From Thermodesulfobacteriota bacterium (GTDB lineage Bacteria; Desulfobacterota; Desulfobulbia; Desulfobulbales; SURF-16), in contig JBFMAY010000056.1 of NCBI GenBank assembly GCA_040755455.1, forward strand, positions 1-19,572: a stretch of DNA of 19,572 nt, read 5' to 3'. Below, one piece after another: positions 1 through 8,567 of this stretch. Under the pieces are notes generated by a model. The model was not told the DNA's origin. It ran no database searches and saw only the letters and a program-made list of their open reading frames with translations. The first letter of the stretch is position 1, and each line of letters starts with the position of its first letter. Position numbers and translations under genes: made by a program.

Positions 1-145
1 GTATGATGGATTTAACCAGCTCCTCGTCATGGGTTTCGATCACGGTGACAGCCTTGCGGACCCGATCCTCAACCATGGTCACCATGGTCAGCAGCTTCTG
101 GTTCAGTTTTTCAAGCTCGGAGTGAAATGTATGGTGAACCGGCAT
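1..145 (-). CDS. phoU: Phosphate signalling complex protein PhoU, N-terminal part (runs off the window)
   Basis: Manual translation from ATG at 145: MPVHHTFHSELEKLNQKLLTMVTMVEDRVRKAVTVIETHDEELVKSII. This fits the PhoU N-terminal helix pattern (F..EL..L...L..M...VE....A). AAGAGG RBS lies upstream, and the gene is divergent from phoBR. Not in the ORF track. Confidence 0.85.
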   Translation of the reverse strand, partial: MPVHHTFHSELEKLNQKLLTMVTMVEDRVRKAVTVIETHDEELVKSII

Positions 146-198
146 ATAAATTCGCCTCTTTATTTAATTTGGATGACGACAGTTAAATGTTATGATTT

Positions 199-270
199 AA
201 CATAGCATTTCAGAGTAAATTACGGGAGAAATATTTTGGTTAGGTTAGGAGATTATTAAAATTGTGTTAG
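199..270 (-). promoter_or_regulatory. Putative Pho-box array and extended -10 for phoU
   Basis: Minus-strand hexamers at exact 11-bp spacing: CTAACA (270-265), TTAATA (259-254), CTAACC (248-243), AAAATA (237-232). A TGnTATGTT extended -10-like element follows at 207-199. 11-bp direct repeats are typical of OmpR/PhoB-family binding sites. Confidence 0.6.
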
Positions 271-402
271 TGCCGCGAAATCCGCTTGCACAGCAGGATT
301 AATCGCATAAACTTAGGGGAAACAAGGGAACCGTCATATCCGGTTTTTGGGAAATTGTCATTGCTGATGCGCGCGGTTAATCTCAGCAGCAGGGGGAGTC
401 AT

Positions 403-1104
403 ATGGGAAAAGCCAATATACTCATTGTCGAAGACGATGAAGACATCCAGCAGCTGGTGAGCTATAATCTCGTCAAAAATGGTTTTCATGTCACCTGTGC
501 CGGCACCGGTGAAGATGGTCTGCAGAAGCTGCAGGCCGGCGGTATTGACTGTATCCTGCTTGATCTGATGCTGCCGGGAATAAGCGGCCTTGAGGTGTGC
601 CGGGCGATCAAGAAGAACGACAGCTGCGTGGATATCCCGATTCTGATCCTCACCGCCAAAGGCGAGGAGGACGACGTGGTATCCGGTCTTGAGTGCGGGG
701 CTGATGACTATGTAACCAAACCCTTCAGCCCCAAGGTGCTGATCGCCAGAGTCAAGGCGCTGCTGCGGCGCCGGGCGGAGCAGTCGGCTGATGCGCCACC
801 GGCTGAAAAGATGGAAAAGATCATCATCAGGGGGCTGGAGATTCATCCCGGCCGGCACGAGGTGATGCTGGACGGCAACCCCCTGCAGCTGACCATGACC
901 GAATACGGGGTGCTGCTGCTGCTGGCAGGCAAGCCCGGCTGGGTCTATACCAGGCAGCAGATCATTGATGCGGTGCGGGGTTATGACTTTCTCATAACGC
1001 CAAGGGCCATCGACGTGCAGATCTTCGGTCTCAGAAAGAAAATGGGCGAGGCGGGCGCAAGCATTGAAACAGTGCGGGGCGTCGGCTATCGCTTTAAAGA
1101 GTGA
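403..1104 (+). CDS. phoB: OmpR/PhoB-family response regulator (PhoB/PhoP)
   Basis: REC domain (ILIVEDD, LLDLMLPG, LTAK, GADDYVTKPFS) plus winged-helix C-terminus (R.IDVQI..LRKK, IETVRGVGYRF). Start placed at ATG 403 after an AGGGGGAG RBS. Sits between phoU and a PhoR-like kinase. Confidence 0.9.
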   Translation: MGKANILIVEDDEDIQQLVSYNLVKNGFHVTCAGTGEDGLQKLQAGGIDCILLDLMLPGISGLEVCRAIKKNDSCVDIPILILTAKGEEDDVVSGLECGADDYVTKPFSPKVLIARVKALLRRRAEQSADAPPAEKMEKIIIRGLEIHPGRHEVMLDGNPLQLTMTEYGVLLLLAGKPGWVYTRQQIIDAVRGYDFLITPRAIDVQIFGLRKKMGEAGASIETVRGVGYRFKE

Positions 1105-1114
1105 GTGAGGGTTC

Positions 1115-2965
1115 ATGAATCATAGAAAACTAATCTGGCAAATTTTCCCGCCCAATCTGCTGGTTACCCTCCTGGCCATGCTGGCTGTCAGCTGGTATGG
1201 ATCAACCACCCTGCAGAAATTCTATATTGACCAGTTGGGTTGCTCCCTGCAGGTCCGGGCCTATCTCCTCCGCGATCGGGTCAGCCAGTTGCTGGCCGGC
1301 GACAGGCTTGATGAACTCCGGGAATTCTGTCGCGAATCCGGGCGTGAGACCCTGACCCGAATCACGGTTATTGACCGCTCCGGCAGGGTCGTGGCTGATT
1401 CCAGTGAGAATGCCAGGATCATGGAGTTGCATGGCGACAGGCCGGAAATTCTTGATGCCTTCAAGGGTCAAACCGGCACCGCCACCCGTTTGAGCAGAAC
1501 ATTGCAGGAAAACATGCTCTATGTGGCGGTGCCGCTGCGGTGGCAGGGCGGGAATGCCGGCGGGGAGGCGGATTCGGTAGGCTCTGTTGCAGGGGTATTG
1601 CGGGTGGCCGTGCCGGTTACGGCCATTGAGCGCACCCTGCAAAACGTCCACATGAAGATTGCCCTTGGGGCAATTGCCGTGATTTTCGCCGCCGCCCTGG
1701 TCACCCTGTTTGTCTCCCGCCGCATCAGCAAACCCCTTGAGGAAATGAAACAGTGCGCCGAGCGTTTTTCCCGGGGGGACTTCAGCCAGCGCATGTCGCT
1801 GCATCTGGGGAGTTCGGCTTCCCTTGAGGTTGCCACCCTGGCCGCCGCCATGGACCGGATGGCCGAGCAGCTGAACGAGCGCATCGGGACCATCCTCAGG
1901 CAGCGCAATGAACTGGAGGCTGTTTTTTCCAGTATGACCGAGGCCGTGCTGGCGGTTGATACGGATGAGCGGGTGATCAGCCTGAACAAGGCGGCGGCCG
2001 CGATTTTTACCGTTGATGAGAAACAGGCGCCGGGCAGGCTGCTGCAGGAGGTGGTGCGCAATATCGATCTGCAGCGGCAGATCAAGCAGATTCTGGCGAG
2101 CCTTGCGCCGCTGCAGGATGAAATAATCCTTCCCCATGGCGGGGGCGAAAGGTTTCTGCAGACGAACGGGGTGCCGTTGCATGACGGCAGCGGCAGGAAT
2201 ATCGGCGTGCTGGTTGTCATGAACGATGTCACCCGGCTGCGCCGCCTGGAAAATATCCGGCGGGATTTTGTCGCCAATGTCTCCCATGAGTTGAAAACCC
2301 CGATCACCTCCATCAAGGGCTATGTGGAGACCCTGCTTGACGGCGCCATTGACAACAAGGAGGATGCCGCACGTTTTCTCGGCATTGTCGTCAAGCAGAC
2401 CAACCAGCTTTATGCCATTATTGAGGATCTGCTGTCACTTTCCAGAATCGAAAAACAGTCGGAAGACGGGGAGGTTGCGCTCAGCATCGGCAATCTCCAC
2501 CAGATTCTTGCGGAGGCCGTGCAGACCTGCCAGATGAAGGCGTCTGAAAAAAATATCAGAATTTCAATCAATTGCCCGGAAAAGCTGCAAATCAATATGA
2601 ATGCCACCCTGCTTGAGCAGGCGGTGGTCAATCTGGTGGTGAATGCCATCAAATACAGCGATGCCGGGAGCGAGGTCATCGTCGCAGCCGAGGAGAAAAC
2701 CCAGGATGACGGGACAAGCCGGGTTGTCATCAGTGTCCGGGATTTCGGCATCGGCATCGCAAAGAAACATCTGCCCCGGCTGTTTGAGCGTTTCTATCGC
2801 AGCGACAAGGCCCGCAGCCGTAAACTGGGCGGGACAGGCCTCGGTCTCTCCATTGTCAAACATATCGCCCAGGCCCATGGTGGCGACGTGTCCGTGCAGA
2901 GTCAGGAATGGCAGGGATCAACCTTCTTCATCAGCCTGCCTGCGGCGGGGAAGAGTGAGGCGTGA
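1115..2965 (+). CDS. phoR: Phosphate regulon sensor histidine kinase PhoR (2 TM, HAMP, PAS, HisKA, HATPase)
   Basis: H-box RRDFVANVSHELKTPITSI, N-box NLVVNAIKYS, G1 DFGIGI, FERFYRSDKARSRKLGGTGLGLSIVKH. Two hydrophobic segments and a HAMP-like ISKPLEEM...RGDF region. Confidence 0.9.
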   Translation: MNHRKLIWQIFPPNLLVTLLAMLAVSWYGSTTLQKFYIDQLGCSLQVRAYLLRDRVSQLLAGDRLDELREFCRESGRETLTRITVIDRSGRVVADSSENARIMELHGDRPEILDAFKGQTGTATRLSRTLQENMLYVAVPLRWQGGNAGGEADSVGSVAGVLRVAVPVTAIERTLQNVHMKIALGAIAVIFAAALVTLFVSRRISKPLEEMKQCAERFSRGDFSQRMSLHLGSSASLEVATLAAAMDRMAEQLNERIGTILRQRNELEAVFSSMTEAVLAVDTDERVISLNKAAAAIFTVDEKQAPGRLLQEVVRNIDLQRQIKQILASLAPLQDEIILPHGGGERFLQTNGVPLHDGSGRNIGVLVVMNDVTRLRRLENIRRDFVANVSHELKTPITSIKGYVETLLDGAIDNKEDAARFLGIVVKQTNQLYAIIEDLLSLSRIEKQSEDGEVALSIGNLHQILAEAVQTCQMKASEKNIRISINCPEKLQINMNATLLEQAVVNLVVNAIKYSDAGSEVIVAAEEKTQDDGTSRVVISVRDFGIGIAKKHLPRLFERFYRSDKARSRKLGGTGLGLSIVKHIAQAHGGDVSVQSQEWQGSTFFISLPAAGKSEA

Positions 2966-3579
2966 AAAGTAAGCAGGAAGAAGGTGGTGTAAGACAGAGC
3001 GGGGTTGAGGGGTGAGTTTTCTCGTCATGTCATAGTCAAGTCCCTGGCTGGCATGGCGGTATGCCGCGATAACGGTGTTGGCCATGTCTTTGGTCGCGGG
3101 CAAGGATCTCTTCTACCCCGCGAACGTTCTTGCGTGTTTTTTCCTGCCCGTGAGCCCTCGCCCAAGTCGTTGCATACTATTGGCCTTTCCTCTCCACGCA
3201 GCAGTTTTCCCTTGCAAAATAGCGCATTGCGAGTTTGGATATTTGTGACCAGCTTTTGATTCACCAAGAAAAATAGACGGAATGGAGATAAGGTAGTTCC
3301 TGTTCCCTTGCATGATATGGGGCTCATCCTGCGTTCCTGAAATCAGCCTACCCTGGGAGTGCGGTAGGTTTTGGCTAATGAGCCGCGGCCTTGGGTAGGT
3401 GGTGCCTTCCGATGGGGAGAGCTATTCCGGGCTGCTTTCGTGCAGATAAGCAGTTGGGCGAAAATGTTTTATCTCGCAGATAGAAGTTTGCTATTGAACA
3501 AAGGGAAAAATTCCCGAATTTTCCCTGAATATCATAATTGTCAGGGCAAATTGACTTGATACTCAATGGGTTAGCCACA

Positions 3580-3933
3580 GTGAATTTATCAGACCTACTA
3601 CGCACAGCGAGTCGCTGGAAGATACCAAGGGAACTCGCCATGTTGGTAATCGACCGCGATAAATCTTGCATTTACTGTCGCCGCCCATTTACCTCGAATA
3701 CTGGCTTGAGGCGGGAGCAGGCGTCGTGGGAGCACATCGTCAATGATGGCAGCATCATCACAATTGAAAATATCGCTTTATGCTGCATTGGATGCAATGC
3801 AAGCAAGGGAACAAAAACTCTATCCTCATGGTTAATGAGCAAATATTGTTCGAGGATGGAAATTACCATTTCCTCGATTGCTCATGTTGCAGCTGCTTCA
3901 TTGCCTCAATCACAAACAACTCACGCTGCATAA
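3580..3933 (+). CDS. Small HNH endonuclease family protein
   Basis: RDKSCIYC ... SWEHIVN ... ENIALCCIGCNASKG is an HNH motif with two Zn-binding CxxC pairs. Start uncertain; GTG 3580 chosen (ORF track starts at 3538). Lower GC than the flanking core genes. Confidence 0.8.
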   Translation: MNLSDLLRTASRWKIPRELAMLVIDRDKSCIYCRRPFTSNTGLRREQASWEHIVNDGSIITIENIALCCIGCNASKGTKTLSSWLMSKYCSRMEITISSIAHVAAASLPQSQTTHAA

Positions 3934-3937
3934 ATGG

Positions 3938-3971
3938 CTATAACAACTGCGGCTAAACTCAAACGTTATAA
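3938..3971 (+). mobile_element. Internally deleted attC-like (integron cassette recombination) site
   Basis: CTATAAC-AACTGCGGCTAAACTCAAAC-GTTATAA starts 5 nt after the HNH stop. TATAAC/GTTATA are complementary ends, and the right half resembles the aadA-type attC right arm (GCGGCTTAACTCAAGCGTTA, recalled). At 34 bp it is too short to be intact. Confidence 0.5.
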
Positions 3972-4023
3972 TGCTGGGGATAGATAGGGTGAGAAAAGCA
4001 AGGCGGAATACCAACGAAAAAAT

Positions 4024-4290
4024 TCAGGGGAGATTTTTGTAAAAATCTTTTCTGTGGCCAATCTTGACCACCAGAATGACCAGTCGATCTCCATGAATTT
4101 CATACACAATGCGATAATTTTCTGTTCGCACTTTATGAAAATCATTGTCGCCTTTTAATTTGGTTGTGGCTGGATCAGGAAGATTATCGCTGAGTTCATC
4201 AATCTTTTTCTTGAGGCGCAGCAGCTCCCGTTTGGGGAAATGCTTCATACTTTTCAAAACGCCAGGGCGGAATTCAACGGAGTATTTCAT
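4024..4290 (-). CDS. Type II toxin, RelE/ParE family
   Basis: 88 aa basic protein with KLKG...KVRTENYRIVYEI...VILVVKIGHRKDFY, a RelE-type pattern. Lies 3 nt downstream of the antitoxin. Confidence 0.88.
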   Translation of the reverse strand: MKYSVEFRPGVLKSMKHFPKRELLRLKKKIDELSDNLPDPATTKLKGDNDFHKVRTENYRIVYEIHGDRLVILVVKIGHRKDFYKNLP

Positions 4291-4293
4291 GAA

Positions 4294-4545
4294 TTACAAT
4301 CCCAGTTGTTTCCAGAATTCTTGGGCTGGAATATTATCTCCCGGCTCAATAAGGGCTTTCCTGGCATCCTCAATGTCAATATAGTCTTCGATTTGCTGAA
4401 GCAATTCAAGTTCATCAATGGAAATCAAGGCAGCGACCCGCTGACCTCGTCTGGTCAAAACAACAGGCTCTTTACCGTAGGCAACCTTGTTGACAATATC
4501 AGCAAAATTTTTTCTCGCTTCCGCAGTGGAAATTGTAGTAGTCAT
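4294..4545 (-). CDS. Type II antitoxin, Phd/YefM family
   Basis: ISTAEARKNFADIVNKVAYGKEPVVLTRRGQRVAALISIDE is the Phd/YefM N-terminal motif, followed by an acidic C-terminus. AAGGAG RBS upstream. Confidence 0.9.
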   Translation of the reverse strand: MTTTISTAEARKNFADIVNKVAYGKEPVVLTRRGQRVAALISIDELELLQQIEDYIDIEDARKALIEPGDNIPAQEFWKQLGL

Positions 4546-4577
4546 AAAAATATCTCCTTACCAGTCACAATTTTTTA

Positions 4578-4618
4578 TGTACAAAATGTACAACATGTAC
4601 TATGCATTGTCAATGCAT
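4578..4618 (-). promoter_or_regulatory. TA operon sigma-70 promoter with overlapping TGTACA operator repeats
   Basis: Minus strand TTGACA (4613-4608), 17-bp spacer, TACATT (4590-4585). TGTACA/TGTACA/TGTACT occur at 4578, 4587 and 4596. A perfect inverted repeat ATGCATTG-T-CAATGCAT (4602-4618) covers the -35. Confidence 0.75.
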
Positions 4619-4730
4619 TATAAAAAACCACTTGGCCTGACCGCGAAAACGCCCGGGCGTTAAGCGAAACGGTCATCGGCACGGCAGGATAGCCGTGGCG
4701 TTCCCACAAAATGAACTCAGGGGGATAGAA

Positions 4731-5189
4731 ATGATTTTAGATATACTTGAGAATGCACACCGTTATTTGGCACTGAACAAGGGATTTGCCAAGGCAATTG
4801 AGTTTCTCTCGCGTTCAGATCTTCAGGAACTGCCGGTGGGGACATATGAGATAGACGGTGACCGCATCTATGCGATGGTGTCTAAGGGGGTGGGCCGCAA
4901 GAAAGAAGATGCTTTGCTCGAAACGCACGAGAAATACATAGATATCCAATTGGTCTTGGCAGGAACCGATACCATGGGATGGAAGCCTAAGTCATTGTGC
5001 CACCAGCCAACCGGGGAATACGATCAAAAATCCGATGTGCAGTTCTTCGCGGACGAACCGGATGCCTGGCTCGCAACTGAAAGCGGAGCGTTTGCGGTCT
5101 TCTTTCCGGAAGATGCTCACATGCCGTTGATCGCGCCGGGGCAGATCCACAAAGTCGTTGTCAAGGTCGCCGCAGTAGCCACAAAGTAA
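4731..5189 (+). CDS. YhcH/YjgK/YiaL family protein (DUF386)
   Basis: MILD...G.YEIDGD.IYA...LETHEKYIDIQLVL.G...Y....DVQF...FAVFFPEDAHMP...KVVVKV. ATG 4731 follows an AGGGGGA RBS. Confidence 0.9.
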   Translation: MILDILENAHRYLALNKGFAKAIEFLSRSDLQELPVGTYEIDGDRIYAMVSKGVGRKKEDALLETHEKYIDIQLVLAGTDTMGWKPKSLCHQPTGEYDQKSDVQFFADEPDAWLATESGAFAVFFPEDAHMPLIAPGQIHKVVVKVAAVATK

Positions 5190-5231
5190 CTGTCTGATTT
5201 TACAGAACTTCCTGGAAAATAAGGAAAAGAC

Positions 5232-5777
5232 ATGAACAGTTGTCTGATATTAATCGATCTGCAGAATGATTATTTCCCCGGCGGCACCATGGAGCTTGTC
5301 GGTATCCAAGCTGCGGCAGCCAATGCCCGGCTTCTCCTGGACAAACATCGCGAGGCGGGATCAACTGTTATTCATATGCAACACATTGCCATTCGTCCAG
5401 GTGCCACCTTTTTTTTGCCGGAAACCCGCGGGGCAGAGATCAATGAACAGGTAGCTCCCCGGGAAAACGAAACCGTTGTCGTCAAAAACTTTCCCAACAG
5501 TTTCCGCGCCACCTCGCTGCTGGATATTCTGCATCAGAAAAACATCGATGAGCTTGTTATCTGCGGAGCAATGAGCCATATGTGCATTGACGCCACCGTG
5601 CGCGCTGCATTTGATTTTGGTTTCAGCTGCCTGGTTGCCGAAGATGCCTGCGCGACAAAAGACTTGCATTTCATGGGCAGGATCATCAAGGCAGCAGATG
5701 TCCATGCATCCTTTATGGCAGCGTTATCGGCATCGTATGCCAGGGTGATTGCAACAACAGAAACATGGCAACAGTGA
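5232..5777 (+). CDS. Isochorismatase-family cysteine hydrolase
   Basis: LILIDLQNDYF (Asp), VVKNFPNSF (Lys) and GAMSHMCIDAT (Cys) form the catalytic triad pattern. AAGGA RBS. Confidence 0.9.
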   Translation: MNSCLILIDLQNDYFPGGTMELVGIQAAAANARLLLDKHREAGSTVIHMQHIAIRPGATFFLPETRGAEINEQVAPRENETVVVKNFPNSFRATSLLDILHQKNIDELVICGAMSHMCIDATVRAAFDFGFSCLVAEDACATKDLHFMGRIIKAADVHASFMAALSASYARVIATTETWQQ

Positions 5778-5799
5778 AAACCTGACGCATTGATTTTTT

Positions 5800-6273
5800 A
5801 TGATGATAACAGAAGCAACCATTGCCGATGCGGCGGCCATCCTCGATCTCCAGCGGACCGCCTATCAGAGTGAAGCGCAATTATATAATGATTGGAGCTT
5901 GCCGCCCCTTACCCAAACTCTTGAGGATTTACGGGCTAGCTATGCCGGCCACATTTTTCTAAAGGCGGTCGTGGCTGAACGCATTGTGGGCTCGGTAAGG
6001 GCAAGGTCGGAGAAAGGGACCTGCCATATCGGCCGGCTCATCGTCCATCCCGAGTATCAAGGGCAGGGGATCGGCTCCCGGCTCATGGCAGACATTGAAA
6101 AGCTGTTTCCCCATGTCGAGCGGTTTACGCTTTTCACCGGTGAAAAAAGCGTCGCCAATATCCGCCTCTACCGCAGGCTTGGTTACAGCGAGATAAAACG
6201 ACAGGCTATTTCTGATAAGGTCGTGTTGGTCTTCATGGAAAAACTCAATGATAAACAGGAATCTCAGCCGTAA
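5800..6273 (+). CDS. GNAT-family N-acetyltransferase
   Basis: IGRLIVHPEYQGQGIGSRLM acetyl-CoA binding motif A; NIRLYRRLGY motif B. Confidence 0.9.
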   Translation: MMITEATIADAAAILDLQRTAYQSEAQLYNDWSLPPLTQTLEDLRASYAGHIFLKAVVAERIVGSVRARSEKGTCHIGRLIVHPEYQGQGIGSRLMADIEKLFPHVERFTLFTGEKSVANIRLYRRLGYSEIKRQAISDKVVLVFMEKLNDKQESQP

Positions 6274-6719
6274 TCCTGCCGGGAACAGGCCACCCGCCGC
6301 AGCTCTTCTCTTGAGTAAAGATTGACTTTCCCCTGGTGGCAGATCTCAACCGGCGGTATGCATCAAGTGATTCTGTTTCCCTGTGACGACAGAAAGTTTC
6401 CCGCCATGGCGTAATGCCTTGAGAATAAAACATTTTTCTTGTCTCATAACAGAGACATTCAGTCAAAAGCATCCTCGCTGACACGCTAACGATAACCGGA
6501 AGCTGCCTGAAATATTGCCCCAAGAAAGATAGGAATTGCCGATCAGGAAACTGGGTATTTTTTTTATTGAGCGGCTAGTGATAATTTTATCTTGTCAGTA
6601 AATATGTAATTATTTCAAAGAATTATTAATAAGATGCAAGTGCAATGGGGCGCAAAAAGGTATGTTTGTTACCCTGGCTTTTCATGGTGTAAGGGGAAAA
6701 ATAAAAAAATAGGGCCGCC

Positions 6720-6735
6720 TGGTATGGGAATTGAA
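6720..6735 (+). promoter_or_regulatory. Possible degenerate sigma-54 promoter for the PEP-CTERM gene
   Basis: TGGTATGGGAATTGAA has the GG-N10 spacing but GA in place of GC at -12. It lies about 60 nt upstream of the ATG, downstream of an AT-rich tract. Confidence 0.3.
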
Positions 6736-6796
6736 AATTGCAGCTGCCAAGTGATTTATAAATTTTCTCTATTCATCTCATGTTTCAGGAGGCAAA

Positions 6797-7216
6797 ATGA
6801 AAAAAATTATTCTATCAACAGTAGCTGGTGCATTACTCAGTGCCGGCAGTGTTATGGCCGCCGGTGTACCGTCTGGCGGTCATGACATGGACGATTTGAC
6901 CTTCGCTGGCAAAGGGTACGGTCATGCCAGCGGCATGCAGGTTTTAACAGACGGAATCTCCCTTGACCAGGAAGAGGCACTGGCCGCAATTTTTAATGGC
7001 CCCACGGCGGACAAGGGCAGAGGGGCTTGGGCCGATGGTATCTTCTTGCCCCCCGGTTACCTGCATAACGGCAAGGATCTCTCACAGTGGATGGAGCAGC
7101 ATGCCCAACACCAAGGCGAAGGGTCGCCCGTACCTCTACCGGGGACACTTCTGCTGTTGGGTTCCGGCGTTGCCGGGCTGTTTTTCGTCCGGCGCAGCGG
7201 CATGAGCAATGGCTGA
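6797..7216 (+). CDS. Small secreted PEP-CTERM-type (VPLP variant) sorting-domain protein
   Basis: N-terminal signal peptide MKKIILSTVAGALLSAGSVMA. C-terminal PVPLPGTLLLLGSGVAGLFFVRRS gives motif + TM helix + basic cluster. AGGAGG RBS. Confidence 0.85.
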   Translation: MKKIILSTVAGALLSAGSVMAAGVPSGGHDMDDLTFAGKGYGHASGMQVLTDGISLDQEEALAAIFNGPTADKGRGAWADGIFLPPGYLHNGKDLSQWMEQHAQHQGEGSPVPLPGTLLLLGSGVAGLFFVRRSGMSNG

Positions 7217-7238
7217 TCGTCGCCAATAAAAAACGTTT

Positions 7239-8567
7239 TTACAGCAGGTCACTGGCCAGTTCGGACAACTCTGATCTTTCCCCCTTGTGAAGATTGATAT
7301 GGGAATAGAGGGGTTGTCCCTGCATCTTTTCAATGAGGTAGCTGAGCCCATTGGAAAGGCTATCCAGATAGGGGTGATCGATCTGGAAAATATCCCCGGT
7401 GAAAACGATTTTCGAACCTTCCCCGGCCCTGGTGATGATCGTTTTTACTTCATGGGGGGTCAGGTTCTGCGCTTCATCAACGATGAGGAAGATATTGACC
7501 AGGCTCCGGCCGCGGATATAGGCAAGGGGCTCGATGACCAGTTTTTCCTCTTCCAGCAGCTGGTGGATCTTCTTTGCCCGGTCGCTTGTTTCCGTAAATT
7601 GATTGCGGATGACGCCGAGATTGTCATAAAGAGGCTGCATGTAGGGTTTTAGCTTGGACTGAATATCGCCGGGCAGGTAGCCGATGTCTTTATTGCTGAG
7701 CGGAATGACCGGTCTGGCCAGCAGGATCTGCCGATAACTGCTCCGTCTTTCCAGGGCAGCGGCCAGAGCCAGCAACGTCTTTCCCGTGCCGGCTTTTCCG
7801 GAAATGGTGACCAGTGGTATGGCGGTATTGAGCAGGCCGTGCAGGGCGAAAGTCTGGTCGGCGTTGCGCGGCTGAATGCCGTAGGCGGTCTGCCGGTCAA
7901 TGCGACAGATGCGTCCGTTTTTGCCGTTCATGCAGGCCAGCACCGATTTCTTGCCGTTGCGCAGAATCATGTATTCATTGGCCAGCAGCGGCGGATTCAT
8001 CTTGACCTCATCCGCATCCACCTCGCATGGGTCCACAAAGAATTTCTCAATTGTCTCTTCCGCAATGTCCGCCTGCATGCGGCAGCCGGTGTAGAGAACG
8101 GAGATATCCTTGACATGGTCCGTGGTGTAATCCTCGGCCATGAGCCCCACCGCCTTTGCCTTCATGCGCATGTTGACATCTTTTGTCACCAGGATGACCT
8201 GCCTGGAGGCATTGTCCTGGGCAACATGGTAGGCGATGTTGAGGATATGGTGGTCGGCCTTGGCGGTAATGAAGTTTGCCCGGAGATGCGGGTGGAAATC
8301 CTGCTCCAGCCGCACGCTGATCCTGCCCCGTTTGGGGCCGATACGGATGCCGCCGTTGAACATCTTGTCGCCGCTGAGTTCGTCTAAGGCGCGGGTGAAC
8401 TGCCGGGCATGGAAATTGACCGTCTGGTCGCCTTTTTTAAAATGATCGAGTTCTTCGAGGACGGTGATGGGAATGACTATGTCATGTTCTTGAAACTGAT
8501 GGATGCAGGATGAATCGTGCAGAATAACATTGGTGTCGAGGACGAATATCTTCTTTTTTTTCGGCAT
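7239..8567 (-). CDS. PhoH-family protein with N-terminal PIN domain (PhoH2/YlaK-like)
   Basis: PIN residues [25 protein letters not shown]. ATPase motifs [46 protein letters not shown]. Start ATG 8567 follows a GGAG RBS. Confidence 0.92.
   Translation of the reverse strand: MPKKKKIFVLDTNVILHDSSCIHQFQEHDIVIPITVLEELDHFKKGDQTVNFHARQFTRALDELSGDKMFNGGIRIGPKRGRISVRLEQDFHPHLRANFITAKADHHILNIAYHVAQDNASRQVILVTKDVNMRMKAKAVGLMAEDYTTDHVKDISVLYTGCRMQADIAEETIEKFFVDPCEVDADEVKMNPPLLANEYMILRNGKKSVLACMNGKNGRICRIDRQTAYGIQPRNADQTFALHGLLNTAIPLVTISGKAGTGKTLLALAAALERRSSYRQILLARPVIPLSNKDIGYLPGDIQSKLKPYMQPLYDNLGVIRNQFTETSDRAKKIHQLLEEEKLVIEPLAYIRGRSLVNIFLIVDEAQNLTPHEVKTIITRAGEGSKIVFTGDIFQIDHPYLDSLSNGLSYLIEKMQGQPLYSHINLHKGERSELSELASDLL

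Noticed and set aside
286..402. N-terminal extension of the response regulator in the ORF track
   Set aside because: TTG start without an RBS. The REC domain begins right after ATG 403, which has a good RBS.
358..2878. Long antisense ORFs over phoB/phoR (358-1116, 1202-2287, 1519-2316 and others)
   Set aside because: Shadow ORFs of GC-rich coding sequence with no recognisable motifs.
3048..3067. TGGCATGGCGGTATGC as a sigma-54 promoter
   Set aside because: GG-to-GC spacing is 11 rather than 10, and no gene follows closely.
2918..3559. Short ORFs between phoR and the HNH gene
   Set aside because: No RBS or motif support and mutually overlapping; treated as non-coding or decayed DNA.
6245..6885. 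ORFs 6245-6523 (-) and 6634-6885 (+)
   Set aside because: No recognisable domain. The second overlaps the PEP-CTERM gene and its promoter region.
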